Shown here piece by piece: positions 28,983 through 36,728 of a stretch of DNA of 64,000 bases. The DNA lies in assembly GCA_031409275.1 (NCBI GenBank), contig JANNXA010000016.1, forward strand, positions 64,001 to 128,000, written 5' to 3'. The stretch's first letter is position 1, and each line of letters opens with the position of its first letter. This DNA is from Planctomycetota bacterium (lineage in GTDB: Bacteria > Planctomycetota > B15-G4 > SIAN01). Below the pieces are notes generated by a model. It searched no databases, had not been told where the DNA came from, and was given only the letters and a program-made list of their open reading frames with translations. Both the position numbers and the translations under genes were made by a program.

Positions 28983-29356
28983 CGGCCCCCATCGATCGTC
29001 CGCGCGCACGCGAAGCCGGACCGGAACTCCTGGTGCTGGCCCGTTTCGAGGAGGGCACTCGGTGGCTCCTGGATCACACCGCACGCTGGCCGAAGCACGC
29101 GCGCTTCACCCTGACGCAACGGGTCGAGAACCATGCGCTCGACATCGTCGAGCTGCTGGTCCACGCGCGCTACGAGCCGCGTGGGCGCGCGGCACGGCTT
29201 GGCGACGTCAACCTGCGCCTCGAACGGATGCGCTTCCTGTTCCGGCTGGCGCATCACACGCGGGTGATGCATGCCGCCGGCTTCGAGACGGCCATGCGTT
29301 GGCTCGACGAGAGCGGGCGGATGTTGTTCGGCTGGCGCCAGGCGCTCGCGCCATGA
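28979..29356 (+). CDS. avd: DGR accessory variability determinant (Avd-like four-helix bundle)
   Basis: About 125 aa, basic; WPKHARFTLTQRVENHALDI...LERMRFLFRLA...ESGRMLFGW. Overlaps HRDC (GTGA) and RT (ATGA). Confidence 0.92.
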   Translation: MTAPIDRPRAREAGPELLVLARFEEGTRWLLDHTARWPKHARFTLTQRVENHALDIVELLVHARYEPRGRAARLGDVNLRLERMRFLFRLAHHTRVMHAAGFETAMRWLDESGRMLFGWRQALAP

Positions 29357-30369
29357 GACGGAAAGGCGGTCATTGGCCGCTCATCACCCGCTTCGACCAT
29401 CTCTGCGCCTCGGCATGGCGAGCCGCCCGCGGCAAACGACAGACGGCCACGGTCGCGCGGTTCCTCGAACGACTCGAACCCGAGGTGCTGCAGCTGAAGC
29501 GCGAGCTCGAGACCCAGAGCTGGCGACCGCAACCACCCACCCGTTTCCGCATCCTCGATCCGAAGGAGCGCACGATCACCGCAGCGGCGTTCCGCGATCG
29601 AGTCGTCCACCACGCGTTGATCGACGCCATCGAGCCAGCCCTCGAGCGCCGCATGGTCGCCTGCAGTTTCGCCTGCCGGAAGGGCATGGGAACGCATCGC
29701 GCGCTCGATCACGCCCGACGACTGGTGCGCCGTTTCGGCTGGTTCCTCAAGCTCGACGTGCGCAAGTGCTTCGACTCGCTGCGGCACGACGTGGTCCTGG
29801 CAGCGGCTCGGCGGGTCATCAAGGGACGCGCGACGCTCGCCTTGATCGAGACGATCGTCCGCCACGACGCGAGCGCCGTCGCCGAGGGGCGCGGCCTCCC
29901 GATCGGCAGCCTCACCAGCCAGTGGCTCGCGAACCTCGTGCTGGACCAGCTCGACCACTTCGCGCTGGAGCAGCTGCGCGTTCCCGGCTACGTGCGGTAC
30001 ATGGACGACTTCGCGTTGTTCGGCGGTTCCAAGGGAGAGCTATGGCGCTGGCATGCGGCCGTCGAGCGCTTCCTCCGCGAACGGCTCGGTCTCGAACTGA
30101 AGTCGCAGGCCACCTGCCTCGCGCCGACCACGGAGGGGCTGCCGTTCCTTGGCTGGAGGATCCACCCGGGGACGACGCGGTTGAAGCCGGAGAGTCGGAG
30201 ACGATTACTGCAGCGCCACCGACGACTGACGCGGTCGCTGCAACATGGCGGGATGACGGAGGAGCAGTTCGCGGTGCGAGCACGCAGCCTGTTCGTCCAC
30301 GCCTCAGCGGGATCGACTCTCGCATGGCGCCGCCTCGTTTCGACGAGGGAGCCCATGCCTCGAACTTGA
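29353..30369 (+). CDS. DGR-class reverse transcriptase
   Basis: DPKERTI, FRDRVVHHA, SFACRKGMGTHRA, LKLDVRKCFDS, GLPIGSLTSQWLAN (DGR-type IGxxxSQ), YVRYMDDF, FLGW. 338 aa with no maturase or endonuclease extension. Confidence 0.97.
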   Translation: MRRKGGHWPLITRFDHLCASAWRAARGKRQTATVARFLERLEPEVLQLKRELETQSWRPQPPTRFRILDPKERTITAAAFRDRVVHHALIDAIEPALERRMVACSFACRKGMGTHRALDHARRLVRRFGWFLKLDVRKCFDSLRHDVVLAAARRVIKGRATLALIETIVRHDASAVAEGRGLPIGSLTSQWLANLVLDQLDHFALEQLRVPGYVRYMDDFALFGGSKGELWRWHAAVERFLRERLGLELKSQATCLAPTTEGLPFLGWRIHPGTTRLKPESRRRLLQRHRRLTRSLQHGGMTEEQFAVRARSLFVHASAGSTLAWRRLVSTREPMPRT

Positions 30370-30387
30370 TTGAACGTCCGTCGGCCG

Positions 30388-30518
30388 TGCGACGCCGGCA
30401 ACCGCGTGGTTCGTGGCGGCAGCTTTGCCAACGACGACGCCGCGAACGCGCGGTCGGCCTACCGGAACGCCAACCAGCCGGGCAATCGCAACCGGAACTT
30501 GGGCTTCCGCGCCGCCAA
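30388..30518 (+). ncRNA. DGR template region (TR)
   Basis: AAC-rich copy of the VR starting 19 nt after the RT stop; 8 AAY codons in the VR frame. Confidence 0.96.
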
Positions 30519-30690
30519 TGTGTCGCCAACGCCCGATCGGCGCGCTCGCCGTGCGAACGGCATCGCGTCGCAGAGCACGGGACACCCAGGTCGACGGACG
30601 TGGCCGAGGTGACGAGCCTCGGACGAATAGCTGTGGCCGCGCCGGGGCTCGTAGGCCGCAAGGCCGAGCGCTCCGGCGCGGCGTTTCTTC
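30519..30690 (+). ncRNA. Structured 3' part of the DGR RNA (spacer), ending in a terminator-like hairpin
   Basis: Hairpins GCCGT-GCGA-ACGGC (30548-30561), CCGAGG/CCTCGG (30604-30622), and GCCGCGCCGG...GGCC-GCAA-GGCC...CCGGCGCGGC (30636-30682) followed by GTTTCTT. Confidence 0.6.
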
Positions 30691-30821
30691 AGGACACCGG
30701 GTGCGACAGGAGCACTTGTCCGCGGTTTGACCCCGTGCGTCGGCAACTGCGCCTGAGTGGGCTCCAGGGCGAGGAATGGTGAAGCGCCTCGCCCTCTCAT
30801 CCCAGAACGAGGGTCACTTCA

Positions 30822-31934
30822 ATGGATCGACTGGAACGTAAGGACAAGCAGCTGCTCGTGGCGCCGAGCGGCGAGTGCGTGGACTGCGGGAGTTTCGACT
30901 ACGAGCCAACTGACGCGGGACGCGAAGCGATCCGCGCGGTGCGGACTCGCGCCCTGCAGAAGCGGGGTCGCCTGGCGGCTTCGATGGCCGGTCGCTGGCT
31001 GACCTTGAACGCGGCAGCGATGGGCGCGGCGGCGCTGCTGCCGATCGGGGCGCAGTGGCCGTTCCTGATTGGAGCGGGTGGCATCCTGCAGCGGTTCGCC
31101 ACCTCGGGGATGCTGCACGAGTCGGCCCATCTCACCCTGCTCTCCCGGCGCAAGTGGAACGATGCGATGGGCCGCATCCTGGCGGCGCTGTCGTTCGTCG
31201 ACTTCGACGACTGGAAGGCTGCCCACATGAAGCACCACGCGGAGTTGGCCACCATCCGCGACCCGGAGTACGCCGAGCTGACGCTCCACGGCATGAAGCT
31301 CGACGGCATGTCGCCGAGCGAGTTGGCCCGCATGCTCGTGGCCCCGTTCCAGCCCGCGATGTTGCTGCGCGCCGCGAAGGAGAGCCTGTCGGTCTTCCGC
31401 AAGCGCACGCCGTGGATCGTCTGGGGGGCGCTCGCGAGCCTCGCGCTCGCCTGCGGGCCGCTCGGCATGACGTGGCTGCTGACGTGGTTCATCGCCAGCT
31501 TCTCGACGCGCAAGTTCGTGTGGCTGATCGCCAACGCGACCGAGCACTCCTTCAAGTTGCAGAAGGAGATGGAGGACGGCTCGACGCCGGCCGGCCGGAA
31601 GCTGCGGCAGATGCCCCTGCGGCTGCGGTGGCTGGCCATCTCGCGCGAGCGGCGCGGCGCGCTGTCTCGGCTGATCAGCCCGGAGTCGGAGGCGCTCTAC
31701 CACGCGACCCACCACTACGACGCGGGTGCGCCGGGCGGCGGACTGAAGGAGCTGCACGCCACCCTTCTGCAGCACCAGCCGGGCTATGCGGAAGTGCACA
31801 AGATCACGGACGGCCTCTTCATCGCGAAGCCTGGGCGCGCGGCGGCGCTGGATGACTTGCGCGCCGGAGCCGCTTCGGACGACGCGATCATCAAGTCGGG
31901 TCTCTGCAACGCCGAGGCGCGTCGCGCGGCGTAA
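30822..31934 (+). CDS. Membrane fatty-acid desaturase-family protein
   Basis: Three His boxes (HESAH, HMKHH, HATHH) plus an EH motif, with hydrophobic segments between them. Confidence 0.8.
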   Translation: MDRLERKDKQLLVAPSGECVDCGSFDYEPTDAGREAIRAVRTRALQKRGRLAASMAGRWLTLNAAAMGAAALLPIGAQWPFLIGAGGILQRFATSGMLHESAHLTLLSRRKWNDAMGRILAALSFVDFDDWKAAHMKHHAELATIRDPEYAELTLHGMKLDGMSPSELARMLVAPFQPAMLLRAAKESLSVFRKRTPWIVWGALASLALACGPLGMTWLLTWFIASFSTRKFVWLIANATEHSFKLQKEMEDGSTPAGRKLRQMPLRLRWLAISRERRGALSRLISPESEALYHATHHYDAGAPGGGLKELHATLLQHQPGYAEVHKITDGLFIAKPGRAAALDDLRAGAASDDAIIKSGLCNAEARRAA

Positions 31935-32058
31935 GCCGTCAGTTCGGATCGCCTGTTCGACCGAGATCGGAGTCATCGACTCCGTGCGCCCGGGTGCTCT
32001 CCTGCAAGAGCACTCGGGCGCTCCCTCCCGCCCCATCGCCGCGGCATCCTGCGCCGCC

Positions 32059-32400
32059 ATGCAAGCGAGCCGGATTCTCTCGATCCTGTTGCGGCTGCAG
32101 ACGCAGGGGCGCGTCTCGGCGCGCGCGTTGGCCGAGGTCTTCGAGGTCTCGGTGCGGACGATCTACCGCGACATCGATGCGTTGAGCGCGGCGGGTGTTC
32201 CGGTCGTGGCGGAGAAGGGGCGCCACGGCGGCTTCGCGTTGCGCGATGGCTACCGCACGCGGCTCCGCCGGCTGGCCGATCGCGGCCGGATCGCGCCGGG
32301 GCTGCTGGCCGACCTCGTGCTGGTCGAGGAGGCGGAGTGAACGGTGGCGGACGGCGAAGGCGTGGATCGGCGGGAAGCTCGCCTACGACCGAGCGCGCGG
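32059..32400 (+). pseudogene. Chimeric remnant: YafY/WYL-regulator N-terminal HTH joined to an amidohydrolase C-terminal fragment
   Basis: [14 protein letters not shown]...[21 protein letters not shown]...[13 protein letters not shown] (HTH_11) switches abruptly to [18 protein letters not shown]. It then continues in another frame as AWIGGKLAYD. Confidence 0.7.
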
Positions 32401-32596
32401 CGAGGACGTGGCCGCGCTCGAGGCGGCCGCACCACCGCCGCTCGAGTCGCGCGGTGGCGACGGCAAGAGCGGCGGCTGCTGCTCGAGCGCCGCTTCCCGC
32501 CGCCGGGCCGGTCGTCCGCTCGCCGGAATCCTTGAGCCGAGCGCGCCGCGGTTCCGGCGGAGGGGTCCTGAAGTCCCTGCTTCAGGAGCCACTCCG

Positions 32597-34717
32597 ATGA
32601 ATCGTTCGATGCGCTTCCCGATCCTCTTGGCGACGGTCGCGGCGGCCGCGGCGTGCGGCGGCGGCGGCGGCAGCAGCCAGGCGAAGAAGGTCGTGACGCA
32701 GCTCTCCGTCGACTTCCCGCCGGCGCGCTCGATGACGAGCAGCACGACCGTCACGATGCGCGGCCGGGCGAGCAACGGCGCCGACGTCGCCTCGCTACAG
32801 GTGAACGGCATCCAGGCCGCCAGCGCCGACGGCTTCCAGAACTGGACCGCCACGGTGTCGCTGCCCGTCGCCTCCAACACGCTGCGCGCGGTCGCGACCG
32901 ATCGCGTCGGGCGTACGCTCGGGCCGATCGACCGGACGGTCGAGATCTCGACACCGCCGGTCAGCCCGCAGCGGCCCACCGTCGACCCGAATCGCCAGCA
33001 ACTCCTCCTCGGCCAGGGCAATCTCGATCCGTTCGGGCTCGTCGCGCTCGACGTCCCGACCGGGCGGTTCGTCGCCGTCTCGGGTCCGACCCGCGGCGCC
33101 GGGGCGTCCTTCGACGGGTTCGTGATGTCGGTGGCGGTCGACGCCGCGTCCGACGTGGCCTACGTCGTCGAGTTCCTCCCGACCCGCATCCGCGAACTCG
33201 ATCTCGCCAGCGGCGATCGCGCCATCCTCTCCGACGACGCGAGCGCCGGCCCCGACCTCGACTTCCCGACGGACGCCGACCTCGACTTGCCTCGGAACCG
33301 CCTCCTGGTGGCCGATCGCGACTTGAGGGCGATCGTCGCCGTCTCCCTCGCCGACGGCTCGCGGTCGATCCTCTCCGACGCCACCCACGGGAGCGGGCCG
33401 GCGTTCAACCTGCCGGACTCGATCCAGGTGGTCGCGAACCAGGGACGCGCGCTGGTCGGGGACGTGATCCTGGGCGCGCTCGTCTCGGTCGACCTCGCCA
33501 GCGGCGCGCGATCGATCGTCTCCGATGCGACGCGCGGCTCGGGCCCGGCGTTCGTCTCGATCGGCGACGTGGCCTTCGACCTCGCGAGCGGCGCGGCGCT
33601 GGTCGTCGACCAGAGCCTCGAGGCGCTCCTCCGCGTCGACCTCGTCACCGGCAACCGGACGATCGTGAGCGACCGGACGACCGGCGGCGGCGCCGCGCTG
33701 CGGTCGCCCGTCGGCGTCACGCTGCTCGCGGACGGGAGCGGCCGGGCGGTGCTGGTCGACAGCGGGCAGGGGACGCTCCTGGCCGTCGACCTCGCGACCG
33801 GCGCCCGGACCGACCTCGAGACGCTGCGGATCGGCGCCGGCCAGCGCCTGGGGCGGGCGAACATCGTCGCGGCGAACCCGGTGAACGGCCACCTCTTCAC
33901 CGCCGGCTTCGACTCGGCGAACCTCTTCGAGATCGACCCGGCGACGGGCGACCGCGCCGTGGTCGCCTCGGAGACGCGCGGCAGCGGGCCGGCGCTCGGG
34001 TTCGTCGTCGCCCTCGCCGTCGCGCCGTCCCTGCGCAAGGCGTTCGTCGCGGACATCGCGCTCGACGGGCTGTTGGCCGTGGACCTCTTCAACGGCGACC
34101 GGACCATCGTCTCGAGCGACTCGATCGGCTCCGGCCCCGCCTTCGACACGCTCGATGCGATCACGATCGACGAGGGCCGGAACCTCGCGATCGTCATGAG
34201 CGAGACCTTCGGCGGCGGCGGCGCCCGGCGCCTGCTGAACGTCGACCTCGCGACCGGCGATCGCAGCGAGCTCTCGGGGCCGACGCGCGGCTCGGGACCG
34301 GCCGCCTTCCGGATCGAGTCGCTGGCGCTCTCCGCCGACGGGATCACGCTCTTCGCCGTGGACGTCGGCCTGCGCGCCGTCTTCCGGATCGATCGCGCCT
34401 CGGGCGACCGGACGATCGTCTCGGACGCGACGACCGGCAGCGGCCCCTCGGTCTCCTTCCTCCAGCCGGGACTCGTGCTCTCGGCCGACGAGGAGAAGGC
34501 CTACATCGTCGACTTCAACTCCGGCCTGCTGGAGGTCGATCTCGCCACCGGCAACCGCGTTGCGCTCGCCGGCCCCACGGTCGGCTCCGGCCCGCAGATC
34601 CAGGGCAGCCTCGCCTTCGGCACCGCGCCCGATCGACTCTTCTCGACCGCCTTCGGCAGCTTCGGCGTCCTCGAGATCGACCTCGCGACCGGCGACCGCG
34701 TGATCGTCTCGCACTGA
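32597..34717 (+). CDS. Lipoprotein with Ig-like domain and 12 beta-propeller-type repeats
   Basis: Lipobox-like AAAAC-GGGGGS; Ig-like segment; 12 repeats of about 50 aa with consensus VDLATGDRTIVSDATRGSGPAF. Confidence 0.8.
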   Translation: MNRSMRFPILLATVAAAAACGGGGGSSQAKKVVTQLSVDFPPARSMTSSTTVTMRGRASNGADVASLQVNGIQAASADGFQNWTATVSLPVASNTLRAVATDRVGRTLGPIDRTVEISTPPVSPQRPTVDPNRQQLLLGQGNLDPFGLVALDVPTGRFVAVSGPTRGAGASFDGFVMSVAVDAASDVAYVVEFLPTRIRELDLASGDRAILSDDASAGPDLDFPTDADLDLPRNRLLVADRDLRAIVAVSLADGSRSILSDATHGSGPAFNLPDSIQVVANQGRALVGDVILGALVSVDLASGARSIVSDATRGSGPAFVSIGDVAFDLASGAALVVDQSLEALLRVDLVTGNRTIVSDRTTGGGAALRSPVGVTLLADGSGRAVLVDSGQGTLLAVDLATGARTDLETLRIGAGQRLGRANIVAANPVNGHLFTAGFDSANLFEIDPATGDRAVVASETRGSGPALGFVVALAVAPSLRKAFVADIALDGLLAVDLFNGDRTIVSSDSIGSGPAFDTLDAITIDEGRNLAIVMSETFGGGGARRLLNVDLATGDRSELSGPTRGSGPAAFRIESLALSADGITLFAVDVGLRAVFRIDRASGDRTIVSDATTGSGPSVSFLQPGLVLSADEEKAYIVDFNSGLLEVDLATGNRVALAGPTVGSGPQIQGSLAFGTAPDRLFSTAFGSFGVLEIDLATGDRVIVSH

Positions 34718-34970
34718 AGGCCAGGATGCCGCAGTCGAGGTAGCGGCAGAGCGTCGAAGTCAGCGATCGCGGGGCGCTCGCGTACCAGCTCTTCGCCGGT
34801 GTGGGCTGGCGCGCCACGGACGCTCTCGAGCGGACGATGGAAGGCCGTTATCCGGGCACGCGTGGTGTCGAGCTCGAAGGCGCGTGAAACTCCTTCGACG
34901 CCGACGATGAGCACCTCGGCGTGCTGCTTGGCATGCGCTGGCTGCTCTGAGCGACGGCGACGCCCCTCAC
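34715..34970 (-). pseudogene. Possible degraded IS91-family transposase N-terminal fragment
   Basis: The minus strand encodes RYLDCGILAF (about 34716-34753), resembling the motif that starts IS91 transposase zinc-binding domains. RRRRSEQ lies upstream in another frame. No intact ORF. Confidence 0.35.
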
Positions 34971-35190
34971 GGGCGGCTGGATTCCGGAGTCGGCTGGACT
35001 CGATCTGCACCACGAACAAGTCCTGGTGTCGGTGGGACTTCAGCCGCCAGCCGAAGCGTGTGCACCGCTCGCTCGCGATCTGAAGTCCGAGCACGAGCCG
35101 CGAGCCTTCGACCTCGACGCGCACGCACCCGCGAGTACCGAGCGCTCCGCGACCAGCCGATCATCGTGCGAGGCGCAGGCGGCGAGTCGC

Positions 35191-36651
35191 TCACACCAGC
35201 CGCAGCACCGACACGAGTCCGCCCTTCTGCGCGACGTTGACGACCCGGCGACGCGAACCACGACCCAGCACGCCGAGGCGCTGCTCGCTGGCGTAGAGGC
35301 CGAGCACCGTGAAGTAATCGGCGAGGCCGACGTTGCCCTCTTCGTCGATGACGGGGAAGTCCTTCTCGGCGACCGGACGGTAGCCCTGCACGACCCAGCT
35401 GCCGGGGTTCTTCACGCCGCGATCGATCGCCTGCTCCCACGCGCGCTCGGAACAGTCGAGCCCGACCAGGATGCCCGATCCGCCGTAGCTGCGATTGGGC
35501 TTGAGCAGCAGCGACTCGCGTTCGCGCGCGAGCCACGGCAAGAGGTCGATCGACTCGCCCTTGGGCGACGTGGTGCGCCCGGCGTCGACGAGCCGCGTCC
35601 AGGGCACGTGGCGCTTGAAGAGTCGCCGCTCGTTCGCCGTGAAATGGCGGGCGAAGCGCTCCTCGGTGAAGAGATGGAACGCGCTCTTGTGGTCGAACTC
35701 GCCGGCCAGCGAGCTGATGCAGCGGCCGCTCTTCAGAGCGTGCTTGATGCCGCTCATGTCGACGCCCGACTCCTCCTGCGCGGCGAGGTCGTTGATCTCG
35801 TGGTCGCGGTAGATGATGTCGATCCCGTGTTCCACGCTGCCGCCCGCCGCCGCCGGCCGCTCTTCGACGTAGACCAGCTCGCCATCCTTCACGCGCAGCT
35901 CGCGCGGATCGACGTGCCAGCAGTTGACCCCCAGCGCGCGGAAGAACTTGACGTTCTCGGGGAACTCCTCGACGCCGCCCTTCAACCCCTTGTATTGGCA
36001 GAGCGCGACGTTGAAGCGGTGGAGCTTCAAGTCGCGCGCGTGGTCGGCCAGCACTTCGAGCATCACGAGACGCGGGTCGTCGTTCATCTCGAGCAGCAGC
36101 GTCGGCGCCAGCTTGCGCAGCTCCGGCACCAGCGTCTTCAGCAGGATCGCGTCGGTCGCAGGGGCGAGGTAGGTGCCGCCGGCGCCGATCGGGTTGTATT
36201 CGAAGAATTGCGTGCTCTTCACCCAGTCCTTCACGCCGAAGTCGCTCGTCGCGTCCCAGCGCCCGAAGAGGACGTCCGCCTGCTTGCCGCCGAGCTCGGT
36301 GAGCCAGCGCTCCTCGCGCGGCGTCATCGCGAGGCAGCGGCGCGCCTCGGGCACCTCGCGCCAGAGGCGGTAGAGCTTCTGCCACGCCCCCTCCATCACC
36401 CGGCAGATCTGGTGGAGGTAGTTGCGCTGGTTGCCGCCGAGGACACGCGGACGCAGCAGGATCGGCGTCGGCTGCGGCTTGCCGTCCTCATCCTCGTAGA
36501 CGACGCCGCGCGCGAGCCCCTCCTCGCGCACCTGCCGCTTCACCGCCCTCAACACGTCCGGCGGGATCATCTGCAGCATCTCGTTCAGCGACGAGCCGAG
36601 GCTGTCCTTCAGGTTGACGAATTTGACCGGCAGGTGCTTCGTCTTCCCCAT
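35191..36651 (-). CDS. Circularly permuted ATP-grasp (glutathionylspermidine synthase-like) peptide ligase
   Basis: GRWD, FFEYN, IDIIYR, HVPWTR, LLLKPNRSYGGSGILVG, WVVQ, VVNVAQKGG. Confidence 0.8.
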   Translation of the reverse strand: MGKTKHLPVKFVNLKDSLGSSLNEMLQMIPPDVLRAVKRQVREEGLARGVVYEDEDGKPQPTPILLRPRVLGGNQRNYLHQICRVMEGAWQKLYRLWREVPEARRCLAMTPREERWLTELGGKQADVLFGRWDATSDFGVKDWVKSTQFFEYNPIGAGGTYLAPATDAILLKTLVPELRKLAPTLLLEMNDDPRLVMLEVLADHARDLKLHRFNVALCQYKGLKGGVEEFPENVKFFRALGVNCWHVDPRELRVKDGELVYVEERPAAAGGSVEHGIDIIYRDHEINDLAAQEESGVDMSGIKHALKSGRCISSLAGEFDHKSAFHLFTEERFARHFTANERRLFKRHVPWTRLVDAGRTTSPKGESIDLLPWLARERESLLLKPNRSYGGSGILVGLDCSERAWEQAIDRGVKNPGSWVVQGYRPVAEKDFPVIDEEGNVGLADYFTVLGLYASEQRLGVLGRGSRRRVVNVAQKGGLVSVLRLV

Positions 36652-36728
36652 GGCTCGGGATCATCGCGCGCCGCAGTGTCGACGCCAAGCATGGGAATCT
36701 CGGCCACGCACGACCCCGGGGCGACGCG

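Noticed and set aside
29353..30369. RT as a group II intron, retron or CRISPR-associated RT
   Set aside because: It is short, has the IGxxxSQ motif, lacks maturase/endonuclease or Cas1 parts, and sits with Avd and a TR/VR pair, so it is a DGR RT.
30370..30612. 80-aa ORF resembling an FGE/CLec C-terminus (RVVRGGSFANDDAANARSAYRNANQPGNRNRNLGFR)
   Set aside because: It is the TR read in the VR frame. The Asn richness comes from AAC codons, so it is probably not a protein gene.
32990..34710. Periodic DNA repeats as a possible CRISPR array or second DGR repeat
   Set aside because: The repeats are degenerate, in-frame protein repeats with no constant repeat-spacer pattern and no adenine-specific differences.
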